Positions 13,756 through 27,689 of a DNA stretch of 64,000 nucleotides are shown here, in pieces. The stretch is taken from positions 62,001 to 126,000 of the forward strand of contig JAPETS010000048.1 in NCBI GenBank assembly GCA_026023565.1, written 5' to 3'. Position 1 is the stretch's first letter. The number at the start of each line of letters is the position of its first letter. Below the pieces are notes generated by a model. That model searched no databases and was not told where the DNA came from. It worked only from the letters and a program-made list of their open reading frames with translations. The position numbers and the translations under genes were made by a program. This DNA comes from Cirrosporium novae-zelandiae. Lineage: Eukaryota.

Positions 13756-15997
13756 TTATTTAGCCGCCCTAGTGGTCCTCTCAAAGAACTCCAACGTCAT
13801 AGCCGCCAAAAAGCAAGGAATCTCTTTCCTCTCCTCCACCCAAAATCGGATCAAATTTCTCATCTCGAATGCAAAGGGGCTGTTCTCTCCGGCACACACC
13901 TTGATGGTCCCCTTTGCTCCATCCCACAGTAAGCTGTTATCCTCGTCACCGCCCTCGTCCGCGTTCCCGAGATTGTACATGCTGGTGACGCGTACGCGAT
14001 CGTTGGGAAGGAAGTCCATTTTGTAGCCGAGGAGCTGAGCAACCGCTTCACGAAACTCTTGGGTTTTTGCGGTGAAAATTTCACGGAGGCGACGGATGCG
14101 CTTTTCTTTTTCTGAGACCAGAGCTGCCATCTCTTGCGTCTCTGCTCTCGAGTTCTCGAGCGTGCTGACTGGTACGACTTTAGTCCTCACTGGCGCCCCC
14201 TCCAGTTTGGAGAGAAGAATTTTATTTTCTTCACGTAAAGAGTTTAGGGTTTTGAGTTTGATAGCTTCAAAGTCCGACGTTGGATTTGACGCCAGGGAGA
14301 GGATGCGTGTACGCGATGCAGACTGTAGAGTATGGAGTTGATGCTTTGAGGCGGAGAGTTCCTTTTGAAGAAGTGCTGTGGACTCGGTCATCTTGGACAG
14401 TTCGGTCTGGAGTTTGCGATTTTTGCGGGTGAGAAGCCCAAGGCGTTCGTCTGATTCTGAGCTGGAATCATGGCTACGCTTTTGGGGAGTTTGGGTTGTA
14501 GGTAGGGGAACCAATGATTCGCGTTGGGAAAGCTCGGTGTGTAGAGTCTGTATTTCCTTACGATAGTCGTCGATAAGTTTTTCGAGAGTTTCGATCTGTT
14601 TAATCTTTTCCTCGTCGAAGTTATTTCCTTCATGTAATGTGACTTCTTCCGCATCAAACGTCTTCAGCTGAGCGCGAAGGTACTCAATTTCCTTGATTGC
14701 AAGAGTTCTTTGACGCTCAAGGCGCATCTTTGCTTTACTCTCTCCAGCTCCACCGCTCGCCTTGAGTTTTTCAACCTCGGCATGCAATCTAGTCCTTTGG
14801 TCATCAAGGGCTTTGATAATTTCGTCTTTCTCTAAAAGTTCTGGTGTCACTGCGCCCAGTTTATCAATTAACATTGCCTTTTCGGTCTTCTCCTGCATAA
14901 GAGCTCTAGCGACATCTTCGGGAGATTGATATTCTTCTTCCTGACCATCGCTTTGGAGAAGTGATGTCCACGCTCTTTTTTCATCTTCAAGGATATGTTT
15001 TTGCAATTGCGCCTCACGTAGTTCTCTTCGTAAATCATCAAGGCCCTGTAATCGTATTTCCAACGCTCGTTTCTCTTCTTCCACAATTTCCACGGCTTTG
15101 TGTATTTGACGGAAATGTTTCAACTCGCGTGACTGATCCCGATTGGTGGCTTCTAGTTTTTTGATATGTGCTACTTGATCCGAAAGTTCTCTCTTGATAA
15201 CATTCAGGGTTTCCACATCGCCAGTCTGAGCTTTCAACCTTAACACTTCCGTTTCGAGACGCCCAACTTCCTGTTCTCGTTGAGAAAGACGATCCTGGGC
15301 AGTGTGTAAAAGCGACGATTGGCTCTCAAAGTCGCTCTGTAAATCATCTAGAGTACTCTGCAAGGCCGCCCGTTTTGATTCCACCTCGCTAATTTGATGC
15401 CTATATTGGCGCTCTTGTGCTTGTAGCTCAGATTGCGCTTCGTCGAGATCTTCTTGTAGTGTCCGAGCCTGTTCCTGGGATGCTCGTAGCCGCTTTTCGA
15501 GGCCTCTTTTCTCGCTGGCTGCTTCGTCCTTCGTTCGTGACAGCTCCCGTGCTAATGATTCATATTTCTTGGTGGTAATGTTGCTCGTGCTCTGCGACGC
15601 CTAGATTCTGTAAATTAGTCTCGCCTATATATTTAGCATTGGCATATCTCGTACCTGTGCCTTCTTGAAGTCGGCATCAGCTTTCACTTGCAAATCTCGT
15701 AGCTCTTTCTCATGTTGTAAACTGGTAAGCTCTTTCTCCTGCTTCAGCGTATCCAACTCGTAGCGTAGTGTATTAATCTCCACTCGAAGTTCTTCATTTC
15801 CAATGTCTGTTTCATATGTTAGCACCAAGGTCATACTTGTTTCCTTGATTGATAAAGGATTTCTGACCTGCTTTTGGAGGTTGTGACTCTCGAAGACTCA
15901 GGGGAAACGAGTTTGAAGGCTGGGGCGATTGCGATTCGCCAGTGAGAAAGTTGTAAGTAGGTTCAATGTTAGCACGCCGAGTAGTAGCAACCTTCAT
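13756..15997 (-). CDS. MAD1: Spindle assembly checkpoint protein Mad1
   Basis: Exons 15997-15868, 15806-15655 and 15600-13756. Long coiled coil, then the Mad2-binding region (RILSLASNPT), the RLREIF (RLK-like) motif, and a C-terminal IPCFLAAMTLEFFE. Confidence 0.9.
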
Positions 15998-16428
15998 TTT
16001 TTATAAGCATTATTAGAATAAAATATCGACCCTGACCGGTCTAGGAAGCTATATGTAACGTACTGCTGATGTTGCTTTCTCAGGAGGTTCTAGAGGAGCT
16101 CTCAGGCTCGCCCTACCAGCGGGGGAACCCCTAGAATTAGACATGCGACTCTTTCTATAGTTGTCTTGTGGTGAATAACTCATTGTTGCTTAGGGGCCAG
16201 GCCGTAACCCTGGCCTGTTTGAGTCGAGCTTGGTTGGATGTCTTTGTTGATATTTCGGAAAAGAGGTTGTTGTTACCGACAATGCGACAGCTTTCAGCCC
16301 TACAGCGCTCCGGGGATCTTGCACTAACACCTCTGAGTTGTTTTTATAAAAGCATGTTTTCCTATATGAATTGGTCTACCTGTTATGAATCATTCATTTT
16401 CTACCTTCCTTAGTTTGACGCTTGGATT

Positions 16429-18351
16429 ATGGCCAACTACCGCCCTTCGGTTCCTAGATTCATGACTTCATCGACCAGAGCAACCTCCGACTTCGAAGCC
16501 AAGCTCGATTCTACTCATAGTAGCTCATTGCCGAAGGAACCACGATCTACATCAACATTAGGGGGCATGACTCCAATTATAATACCATCTCTAGACTCTC
16601 ACGTAGAGAACAGTCGAACGGATACGGACTACGGCGATGAAAGCTCCAATTACGGCTCTGATTTCTCTGCAGACGAAGAATTACTTTTGCAGGACCTGGT
16701 GACTAGTTTTTCTACACCAATAATACCAGCAACGGCTTCTGTGCCCCTTCAACGAGAGAACATATTTATCAAGAGTATTAAAGATGATGAATGTTTTGAG
16801 AAAGGAAGGAATTCTGGTGGTGCCGGAGAGCCTCGCACACAATCGTGGTCGACTACTGTTCTCGGTGGGGATTGCCCTCGTTTCTCCTCATTGCCACCTC
16901 CGGATATCATCCCTCAGCGGCCGAGGCTATGGAAGACGGGGAAACGCAAGTCTGACTCGCAGGGTACGTCTGGCTTGCTCGATTGTATAAGTATACTTAG
17001 CTGACGAAAGACTGGTGGGCTGACGCTCAAGCGTTTAGTTGAGAGCTCTGATAGCAGGCAAAAACTTCGAGCCATGTCAGCAGAACCAATACTGGAAAAT
17101 GTATCTGGGCCTGCGATCGCTATGGGAAACTTCGATACACGGTCCCCTATCAAACGGTTTCGTACTGCACCCAAGAAACCTTTATCGGTAACAGACCTAG
17201 TGTCTCCAGCTTGGTGCGAGCTGCAATACTGGTATAATCTCACAAGATTTGGCAAGAAACCACGGACGGTCGAAATGAAGGCAGGATCGCGGATTCATGA
17301 GAAACTGGAAGCACAGGTACATGAAGTTATACCTGTGGAAGTTCAAACAAAAGAAGATGCATGGGGCTTGAAGATTTGGAATGTTATCCAAGGACTGAAG
17401 ACTCTTCGTGAGATAGGAATAACAAGGGAATTGGAGGTATGGGGTGCAGTGGATGGGCATCTTGTCAATGGAATAATTGACCAGCTGGATTATATTTGTC
17501 CAAATGAAGAACTAGAAGAATCCTCTCCAAGTTCTGAGAAGCAGACATCTAGAAAGTCCAAATCGAAAAAGAAAGAGAAATTAAGTCCGTTAGACTCTCA
17601 AAAGTCCATCGCAGAGTTTCTGACGTCTAATGGTGGTACCATCCTCGAATATCCCTCCGTGAAGCAATTACCGCGAAAAATATATCTTACAGATGTTAAA
17701 ACCCGAAGATCCAACCCTAAAGCACGATCTCGATCTCTCCCCTCCGGTGCAGCTATCCGTCCCACCTATTTTCAATTAATGCTTTATCGCCAGTTTCTTT
17801 GCGACCTCGTTTCTGGTTCCTTTTCTCCTGACATCATCTTTTCTCGTTTTAAGATTAACCCTGAATTACCTTTCACTGATAGTTTCATCGCTCAGATCGG
17901 GAGTTTAGAGGAGATATTTTATAATGCACCAGAAAGCTTAAGCGGCAGTTCAATAGATGTTTCATCACAAGATAGCATGAGCGTCATTTTAACTCATAAC
18001 TCCCTCTCTAAGCTCTGGTCTTTCTTGGAACACCAATTCTCCCTGACCTTCCCCGCTGGCGCTGACTCTATTGGTCACGTTCTGCAAGCCGAATATCGGG
18101 ACCAAACTACCTCAGAGGTTATCGGCTCAAACAACTTTCGCTACGACGAAGATATGCTCTCTAACTACATAAAGGACGAGATGCAATGGTGGAATGGGGA
18201 AAGACCAGCTAAAGGTGTGGAGGTTGAGGAAGCCTATAAATGTGGGGTTTGTGACTTTGCTGATGAATGCGACTGGAGGAAGGGAAAGATTGAAGAAATG
18301 ATAGAGAAGAAGAGGATGAGAGAAAGGGGAAGAAATAAGAGCACGATATGA
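16429..18351 (+). CDS. EXO5: Exonuclease V (Exo5/Dem1), PD-(D/E)XK nuclease with 4Fe-4S cysteines
   Basis: Intron 16964-17038 (GTACGT..TAG) joins the two ORFs in frame. Motifs: LSVTDL..AWCELQ, GIIDQL, DVKT, and a C-terminal CxxCxFxxxCxWR. Confidence 0.88.
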
Positions 18352-18520
18352 CAATAAAGAAGGATACGGAATTTGTGCAATTTAACTAAAAAATATTTTG
18401 CATTCCGTTAAGCCTGGGTTGGTATATTGAACAAGAAAATCGATGCCGCCATGCCCGCATTTTCACAAGGCCTTAAGCCTCAACCACAACAACAAAAACC
18501 ATTCATCTAGCTCGACCCTA

Positions 18521-19897
18521 TCAGAACGGATACGCCCTAACCTCATCCTCCTTTTCCATCTCTAGCCCATTCGCAACTTGCTCCTCATGCGCGCGATCTA
18601 AATATTCCAACAGTACCTCCTCATACTTATCCTTTCCCTTATACCGACTTACATCGTCACCCCAACTCCTCACCGCGCTCGCCAGTCTCCCAGGGACATA
18701 CGGCTCTTTCACAATCTCCGTCACTGGATGGAAGTACGTACGGATCGTGAACACAACACCCCCGCTCCGCGGCAGGCGTCGCAGACTCTGCCTCTCAGAG
18801 CGGAAATGATGGTGCTCGATAGCGCGGTTCTTGGCCGCCGTGTTCCAGTTGATGACCTCGCCATCTTCGTCACCGATGCTATGACTCCAGGCGAGCTCAT
18901 CATCAACTTGTATGAAGTAGTTATTTCTAACAACAGGTCCATCCGGCCGCACCCTTCTGAAGAAATTCATCATTCCCTTCTCGAGTTTTTCCTTGTATCC
19001 AGGCACCTCGCCGGAGGTGTGGATTTCCGAGAGGGGCATTCCGAACTTATCGCGCAGACGCCAGAAGCCTGCGAGGCAGATGGCACCTGCTAGGAGGTAG
19101 TACTGGCCATCTGGTTTTTCGAACATGATGGCTAGGTCATCCTGGACCATGCGGGCGGCCATGGCCATGGGATCTTCTATGAGCGGTCGCTCGAGGATAT
19201 TGAACTGCTCGCCCGTGACGAGATTGTTCATGCCGACGGCGGTTTCACGGAAGAGGGTTGGGTAGCGCTGGGGGAGGTAGGAGGTGAGTTCTTCGAGGAG
19301 CTCGATAGCGCCATCGAAAGCTTCCGGTGCAGTACCGTAGCATTTATCGCCGCGGGAGGCGAGGCGTTCCGTTTTTTGTGCGTGGTACTTTAAGAAGTGA
19401 TTGTCGAGTTCGATCCATTGGTCCCAGGGCAGGCTGCGGAGACCCATGGTTATGAAGTATTTAGGACCATATCGGAAGGGACGATATGGGAGGGGTTTGG
19501 TGTTGTGGACATCCCAGTCTGGATAGGGAGATGCGGGAGGACGTGAAAAGGTTTGGGGGATCCATTCTGAATGAGATGTTCGTTAGTAGGGGATTGGTGG
19601 TGAAAAGGTAGATAAATAATCGCGTATACCTCCGGGACGACGTTGGTCTTGTGTGTTGACAACCTTTGTATGGTCGCCCTTTTCAAGAGATTGAGTTGGG
19701 GTTCCAGGGCGGTTGGAGAGGCGACGACGAAGATGAATTGCGCGAAGGGTTTTGAGAAATGCCCAGAGGAGGACGAAGACTGCGAGGGTGCCGTAGATAA
19801 AAGGCCTATAGATTACCAACGTGTCTGCTGCCGTTCTAACACTTTCTGAATGCAGGGCTTCATCTGCCCTCTTGAGGAGGGTATCCATGGCATCCAT
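18521..19897 (-). CDS. DUF3445/HRQ-family protein (heme-dependent oxidative N-demethylase alpha-subunit-like) with an N-terminal TM segment
   Basis: Intron 19629-19566. Motifs: PYRPF..MGLR, QDDLAIM, LSEIH..VP, RNNY, RSERQSLRRLPRSGGVVFTIRTY. Confidence 0.82.
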
Positions 19898-20602
19898 GAT
19901 CTATCAGACTTTTGAGAGGTAAGAATCTTGGAAAGGGAAAGGAAGCGAGATATATCTATCGCCTAGAAAAGACTCCGGGAAAAAGCGAGAAGAGAGTATT
20001 CATTCATATGATGATATAGGATATAAGGAAAGGGTTGGTTTTAGTCAAGGCTATCACACACACAAAAACCACATCTGCCCCGTTGATCAATTGAAATAAT
20101 TACCCAGGTAGTTATCCAAAGAGATCAAATTCAAAGTCCCGGATGGGTCATTGTTCCACAGCGTTGTGGGGTAGATGGATGTTTGAAAGTATGCCTGGGT
20201 TTCGTTATCTACCCCAATTGATAAGAGAAGAGCAAGCCTCTGGACCCGATTGCTTGTTTGGGTTAAATGTACCACTTCAAAAAACCTTGGATCTTGACCC
20301 CGACTCGGCTTTTTCTTGGAACATTGGATCTGAACAGGAAACGACATGCGGTACAAACGATAGACTGACTGACTGGACTGCCACTTAACTTGTCAATTCG
20401 ATTTGAAAGAATTTGAGAGGGTGGTGTTTGGGTCCTTGTTGAAATTCAACATCCTTGCTGGGGCAGTTACCAATCATCATCTTTCGTTGCGAATAATCCC
20501 CCAAAAATCATAACTAACAGTAATAACAATTCAATGTTTGAGCTTGCATCGCTATTGACCTAACAGACTAATGCAAAAAATAAAAATAAACAAGCAACTT
20601 TT

Positions 20603-22573
20603 CTACGTTGATGACATCCGTCTTTGAAGCAAACAGTATTGGCCCCATTTCCGCTGGAACTGTTCTGGGATTAGTGCCGAGTCAGGAACCCACAGCATTC
20701 GCCCTACAATATCTGTTTGCGAATGGTCCAGAAATTTGCTGCAAGTCAACGCTTCCCATGTGTCTGTATCCAAGATATAGTTTGGCTCTAGGTCAGTGCC
20801 GTTGACACCGGGGAAGTAGGAATCTACCAGATAGTTGCAATGGGATATGTCAACCTGATACATGTTAACTTTGATAGCTTCATCGGTTTGCACCATGTGG
20901 ATAAGACCGTTTGCTTACATGTTTCCCTGGATCCTCCTCATTGCGATCATTCATTCCTGGTGGGATCAGCCAGGTTCCGGGAAAGAAGCCAGATCCAACG
21001 TCTGCTTCACGGAACTCGCCTGGAAGTAGTCCATTGAATTCGCTCTTGATGAACTTTGCATGCATTCCGTTAGGCAAAAAGTGCGAAGATGGAAAGCGAT
21101 ACCACTCTTTTCCAAGACAAAGCACGTCCGAGGGCCTGGCTACATCATTTAATTTTTGATATATCTGTAAAGGGGCATTGTATGCTGTGACGGATCCCAG
21201 AGTCCGCAAAATGCCTATATCCACAGATGATATGATGAGAGAGCTAACGAACAGGAATTTGATTCTGGCAGGGATGCGGCCGATTAACTCCCTGGGGTTG
21301 GAAGATCCAATGTAAGAGAGGATAATGTGTAATCCTATGGCTGCATTCAATGCGAGAAAAGGATATGCTGGATACATGAACCTTTCTTCTTTGTGAGCCT
21401 GCAAGGTAAAAATACCAAGCCATATGTAGAATGGTGCGATAAAGGTAAAGCTTCGCATGATTGTCTGTTTCGTGGTAGATTGAGTACGAAAGACAAGCTG
21501 TAGTAAGAGGAGAGGGCCAACCGCCACGGCAAGGACAAACCAGACATTGAAATTGAGTAGTAGATTGCGGATGTAGAAATGCCATGGCTCTGTACCAAAT
21601 ATATCGGGGCCATGGTCTTTCGATGCGCTAAGGACATTATAGAAGACGATTCTCCAAGGGACAAGAACGATCTTGTGATAGAAGAATGCATCGATCCCCA
21701 TCTCAATTGCCTGTCAACTGGTTAGTAGGAAATTTAGAAGTGCTGGAAATGAAGAGTATGAAAAGTAGGCAGCACCACAACAAGCAAGGACCGAACTGCT
21801 CCGTCAAGGAATCTTCGCGTCACTTCAAACCATTTCTTGGTCACAAATGTCGCCATTATTTCATCGGCTACAAGTGGTTCTATCAGAGCAGCAGAAAAAG
21901 GCCATCCAACGATACCACCAATCCCAAACCACATAATCCCTTGAGCGGTTTTAGGACCGCCATAACAATCCATAAAAGCTGTCAATCCTAACATGGACGT
22001 AGTCATAGCAAAGCTAGAGGGGAGATAAGCAGTAGCGGCGTGAAATGTTCCCGGGCTAAATACCATAATCATCAAGAAGATGACGCCTAACCGGGGGTTC
22101 AAAGTACGGGAAATTGCTGAATATAATCGTGTCTCGGCAATAGAGCAGAAAAGGCCAAGCATGATTCGGATAGAATAGAACTCCACCATTTTTGATCCTG
22201 AAAGGAGATACATGGCTTTCCCGGGTATAGCATGTAGAATGATATAAAACCAACTCCGGATTGAATATTCAGGAGAATACTCCCATGTCTGTAGGCCATA
22301 ACCATGGTTTAAGTAGTGAGTCGGTTCCCAGTAATTGAAAGTCTCGTCACAATCCTGGATGGGGGCGAATAGAGCAGAAAGAATAGTGTAGAGGAAGAAA
22401 ATATAAAATGCAATTATTGGAGGAATGAAGAATTTATGACTTGGTTTAGGGTCAGGTCTTAGATCGTTAGCAGGCTGGTTATATTATACAGAAGTAGAAA
22501 TTCCATACCCCTTGGATGTAGCCGAGACATTTGTGATAGGAGAAGCTCTTGATCTTGGTGGTTTTTTAACCAT
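20603..22573 (-). CDS. ALG9: Alpha-1,2-mannosyltransferase Alg9 (GT22)
   Basis: Exons 22573-22509, ~22457-21776, 21710-20919 and 20854-20603. Motifs: DCDETFNYWEP, HKEERFMYPAYP, CLGKEWYRFPSSHFLP, GMNDRNEED. Confidence 0.92.
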
Positions 22574-22847
22574 TGTGAAAATATACAGAGATAGATACTT
22601 TGTAAAAAGATTCCTTTGATTTAGTTGTTCAGATGAAGATTCAACGGCCGTCGGCTCATATCTTCTACGGTAGACGTTGCGGCCAAATGTGCAAATCTTT
22701 GGAAACGGAAAAGTAAAAATTTCAAGACTTCCCAGGAATTTCTCCATTTAACTTTGTCAACCTCTCGTCCCTAAAATTCTCCACCAAACCTTCTACTTCC
22801 TAACTTCATCCATCTATTATATCCTTATAATAGGACAAACAATAGAT

Positions 22848-25052
22848 ATGACAGGAAGCAGCCCTATGAGCGTGATGGAGGCTCCAGACCTCAGTCCCCC
22901 CCCATTGAAGAAACAGCGCACAGCAGAGGAGCTTCATCCGAAGCCATTAGACCCCGATGAGATGCCAATTGATGATCCGGATGATTTCTACGATGATCCT
23001 CCAGAATCAGGCAAACATGGAAAAGCTCATCAGGAAAACCCAACTGGCAGTCTTTCGGGTCTTGGACTTGATGGGACGTCGCAATCAAGTGAGAAGTTGG
23101 AGGGCCCTTCTTTCGAACTAGATGCAATCTCCCAGAAGAAGAATATGACCAAGGAAGACCAACCTGACACTAGGAGGGTAAATCGTACTGACGATCCATC
23201 TTCAAGCACGAGCAATGTAACAAATCTAGCACTAGTTACATTTAACAACCACATCCCCATTGAGAATTCCCAAGGATCTAGTGTTCCCTCTGGCTTTGAG
23301 GCTAATGCAATGTCCACATCAAATGGGCTGCTTTCAGCAAATGGCCCTACATTACTTTCTCGTACCGAAAGTCATATTATAGCATCCGTCGCAGCGGAGC
23401 ATTCAATGGATATCGATGAAGCTGTAGCGCCCTCAACTTCGGCCAAGTCTACTGAGAAATCTGCAGGTAGCGAAAACAAGGGGCAGCAAGTCTCTGAAGA
23501 CGTCACCCAACATCCTGCCGATGGTGCACCTGAAGTTTTACAACCAGCAAACACATTTCCCAATCCTATAGCACACCTTCATGATACCCTCCTCGAGCCT
23601 ACTAACTCCAACAATGACCACGAAGCAGAGTGGGAAATCGACTCCTCCCCTTACGAATCCGATTCCGATTCCGACTCTAGTAGCTCGTCTTCCGACTCCG
23701 ATGATGATTCCGACTCCGATGAAGCTGAACCGTACACCCTCCTTTCCCCTGCTGAGCAAGCCCGCATCCTAATGGAAGCCGAGGGTGGCTCAGATGATGA
23801 AGGCAACTCGAAGTCAACAAAACCCGGCGCTGGCTCTCACATTCGTACGGTGAACGAGAAACCCGAAGAAGTAATACCCAAGCCTGACATCGTAGTCACA
23901 CCCGACATGAAGATATCTGAGCTCGGATCTGTGGAGCATATTGTTGAAAATACTGTTGTTATCAAGGCGAAGACGAGTGGCGAATATCAGGTCCTGGAAA
24001 TGAATTCACTTCTCTGTCTCTCGGACCGCAGCGTCATCGGTGTGGTGGCAGAGACACTCGGACAAGTTCAACAACCTTTCTACTGCGTGCGCTTCACGAA
24101 TTCTGATTCAATTTCCGAAGCTGGAGTAAAAGAAGGAAGCGATATTTTCTACGTGGACCAGCACTCCACGTTCGTGTTTACACAACCACTTAAAGCCGTC
24201 AAAGGAAGCGATGCTTCCAACCTCTATGACGAAGAGGTAGCCGAATCCGAAGCAGAATACTCGGACGACGAAGAGGAGGCTGAACATAAGCGGAAATTGA
24301 AATTGGAAAGACAGGCCAAACGAGCTGAGAGAAATGGTGGGATGCGCGGAAGAGGTGGACATAATAAATCCAACCATAACCCTATGCCTATAGTGTCCGA
24401 GCTCTCCTATGATGACAATCAGGACCCAGAACAATATACGCGGCTCTCGCGGCCTACAAATCTACATGAATTGATGGGAGGGAAAGAAGCCCCTATTGAA
24501 CGTCTTGTTCACGATAGCAATTCTAGTGGCGGTAATAATAGAGGTGGTCGAGGCATGGGCCGCAACCGTGGTGACCGCGGAAGAGGTCGTGGAGATCGTG
24601 GTGGGAGAGGGGGGGGTCGAGGAAGTAGGTTTAATAATGGTCGAGATCGAGACGATGGGAGGAAAAACTATAACGATCGGAGTGGTGGACAAAGTCAAGG
24701 ACAAGCTGGTGGAAATTTCAACACCTCTTACTCGCTCCCACCATCTGAATCTCAATTTCCAGCCACTTCTGCTACCACAAACGCTTTCCAACAGCAATCC
24801 TATCTCCCATCCCACCCACTCCCGCAACAGCAAAACTTCTCCCAACTCCCGTTTTACTCCCCACAGCCACCAAGCAGTTTTATTCCTCCAACGACTCCCT
24901 ACTACTGGCCCCAACAACAGCCGCAACAACCTCCATCCCAGGGACAAACTCCTCAGCAGCAGGTCCAAGCAGCACTATATCTACTCCAGCAGTATGGGGC
25001 ACAGGCTCAGGGGAGAGGACCACAGGGACCACCAGGACAAGGAGGACAATGA
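22848..25052 (+). CDS. NAF1: H/ACA snoRNP assembly factor Naf1
   Basis: Single ORF of 734 aa. Gar1/Naf1 core (IGVVAETLGQVQQPFYCVRF, KGSDASNLYDEEV..EYSDDE), an acidic Ser stretch, an RGG box and a Q/P-rich tail. Confidence 0.9.
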   Translation: MTGSSPMSVMEAPDLSPPPLKKQRTAEELHPKPLDPDEMPIDDPDDFYDDPPESGKHGKAHQENPTGSLSGLGLDGTSQSSEKLEGPSFELDAISQKKNMTKEDQPDTRRVNRTDDPSSSTSNVTNLALVTFNNHIPIENSQGSSVPSGFEANAMSTSNGLLSANGPTLLSRTESHIIASVAAEHSMDIDEAVAPSTSAKSTEKSAGSENKGQQVSEDVTQHPADGAPEVLQPANTFPNPIAHLHDTLLEPTNSNNDHEAEWEIDSSPYESDSDSDSSSSSSDSDDDSDSDEAEPYTLLSPAEQARILMEAEGGSDDEGNSKSTKPGAGSHIRTVNEKPEEVIPKPDIVVTPDMKISELGSVEHIVENTVVIKAKTSGEYQVLEMNSLLCLSDRSVIGVVAETLGQVQQPFYCVRFTNSDSISEAGVKEGSDIFYVDQHSTFVFTQPLKAVKGSDASNLYDEEVAESEAEYSDDEEEAEHKRKLKLERQAKRAERNGGMRGRGGHNKSNHNPMPIVSELSYDDNQDPEQYTRLSRPTNLHELMGGKEAPIERLVHDSNSSGGNNRGGRGMGRNRGDRGRGRGDRGGRGGGRGSRFNNGRDRDDGRKNYNDRSGGQSQGQAGGNFNTSYSLPPSESQFPATSATTNAFQQQSYLPSHPLPQQQNFSQLPFYSPQPPSSFIPPTTPYYWPQQQPQQPPSQGQTPQQQVQAALYLLQQYGAQAQGRGPQGPPGQGGQ

Positions 25053-25999
25053 ACGGGCTTTACATGTTTACTTAATTATTAGACAAGGGACTGGAAACTG
25101 GGGGCCGAGATAAAAGTTGACCACAGAGCGACTGCATTTGTACAAAAAAGGCTGTATTATTACATGCATGTATTATCTAAAGGGACAAAGAAAGCAAAAG
25201 TACATTGTTACTGGATATAATAATTTATTTAGGGTTCCGAGGTCCAGAGGTTTCGTTTATGGGTATTTTTCCCCTTCTTTCTTTCTGTCTGTCTTCGTTT
25301 CGTCGACTTAGTTATTCCCTCTCATTATTCTATAAAATTATCCTAACCCTCATCCTTAATCTCATCCCATCGAATCTGTCTCTAGCATCTCCCTTTCTCT
25401 AAAAGAAAACCATCACGTCATATCCAAAAACCACATCTCCTGCTATACTATTCTTGTCGTCGTGATTTTATTATTTTGTTATTTGCTCCCTATAACGTAA
25501 TATAGAAAGCCTAATAATGTCTGTGTAATAGTAATAGATCCAAATCTAGAACAAATTCCAGCTCATTTACCTAAATAAATCAACAGGCTATTTACTCGCC
25601 CGCTAATAACCCCTATAACTAACTCCCAAATAATTTCTTCGGCTTTTTTGTTACCAATATCTATATCCGATATTTTGAACCGGGTCACATGACCCGCATT
25701 AGTGAGATTTTACACTTGAGCGCCATTTTATAGGAGACATTTGCCATGTGATTGGGTTCTGGATGCTTGAGCGAATGTGTTTGCCTGATTAACTTCTTCC
25801 CTGCGGGGTTCTACAAAAGCCTTGGCATCTCTATCATGTCCGCAACAATACATCGACTCCTCTAGTTGTACAACGTTGACCAAAAATGGTTGACAGCAAG
25901 ATCAATTGATTTAATAATAGTGACTGAGAACCATAGGGTAGCAGAAGCCCTGGAGGCTACAGCCTTTCGTTGTAATTAAAAACATGATTATTCATCCAC

Positions 26000-27689
26000 T
26001 CAAACCTCCTCAACCTGCTCCTTCACCACCACCTTCTGCATGCCTAGATCCGCCGCATATGTAGTATGCGGCTTCCAATTTGCGCTCTGTCTAGGTGTGC
26101 ACTCCTCCATCATCTGGTTGACCTGCTCGAGTGTGAGACCCTTGGTCTCAGGAACGAAAAAGTACCCGAACAGGACGCACAAGGTGCAAGTAGCGCCCCA
26201 GACGAAGAAGACCTTGGGGCCCAGATTTCCAGAGCTCTCGTCCACCATGTACGGTGTAACATAGCCGATGACGAAGTTCCAGAACCAATTTGATGCCGTG
26301 GAAAGGCCGACACCCTTGGCTCTGATAGGTAGGGGGAAGATCTCCCCGATGATGACCCAAGAGACTGGTCCCCAGGTCGAGGCGAAGAAGAAGATGTAGA
26401 CGCAGACGAAGACGACGAGGACGTAGCCTGCCGCCAACGAATCGGGGGCTGCGGTGCCGACAATGGCTACAATGAATTCGCAAACACTGGAGGATTGATC
26501 AACGTGGAACCGCCATAGGAGAAGAACGGGACTTACAGCATGCCAATTCCGCCCCAAAGAAGGAGTGGACGGCGGCCAAAACGTTCAATAGTCCATAGAG
26601 AGACAGGCGTGGAGACGACATCGACGGCCGTGGTGACGATACCAATGACAAAGGCGCTTAGAGGAACATTGGCTTGCTGGAAAAAGGTCGTACCGTAGTA
26701 AAAGATGAAATTCACGCCCGCTAGAATAAAGATTAATTCGAGGTCTTCTTCGCTTTATCAGATCAAAGATTCAACTTACTCCACTGCTGCATCATTTGCA
26801 TGGCAACACCGACACAAACGCGACGCAAATTCCCACTTGGTTTCCAGCCGCCCGTAAAACAGTCGGCCCAACCGCTCTTCATGAGACGTGCGTCGTGTTC
26901 ATAATTCGCAACCAGTTCGTTGAGTTCCTCAGTAACATAGGCCGAATCCACAGGTTGCCCGCGAAGCGTGCTCAGGGCAGCAGCGGCTTTTTCGAGTTTG
27001 CCATATTTAACATACCAACGAGGAGATTCTGGGAGGAAGAACAGGCCTATCCCAAGGATTAGAGCCCACAAAAACTGAATGGCGATTGGAATGCGGTAGG
27101 CGCCAGAATCCAAGCGATTTTGGGTTGAGTAATCGACACAGGAAGCCAAGAGAAGACCGAAGGTGACGGCGAATGCATATCCGGCAACGATACTACCACG
27201 AACAGCCTTGGGTGCAATCTCGGCCATGTAGAGGATGATAATAGCGGAGACGAAACCGACCCCCAGACCAGCAATAAGACGTCCCGCGATTAGGAGGCCA
27301 ACGGTGGTCGACGCAGTCTGAAGGACGACACCGACGGTGAAGACGAGGCAGCCCAGGATGATTGTAGTTCGGCGGCCAATCCAATCGGCAAAGGGACCAG
27401 CAAAGAGGGCACCGAAGAAGGTTCCCGCGGACAGTATGGAAGTGATCAGAGATTTCTGCCAAGTCTCATACATGTAGTATTTCCCGTTGTAGTAAAAGGA
27501 GGCCGAATCATAGTCGGAGGAAACAGGGGTTCCAAACTGGTACTTGAAGTAGTCCATTCCGAGAACGCCGCTGATATATCCAGAATCATAGCCAAAGAGA
27601 ATACCACCAAAGGCCGCAAAGGCACAGAGGAAGTAGGCTTTGGCAGTAGTTGGGGCCTCGACGCGGTTCACTGCATTAGGAGAAGCCAT
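26000..27689 (-). CDS. MFS sugar porter (hexose/monosaccharide transporter)
   Basis: Introns 26779-26721 and 26536-26487. Motifs: FGYDSG, DWIGRR, PESPRW, QQWTGVNFIFYYG, ERFGRR, PETKG. Confidence 0.93.
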
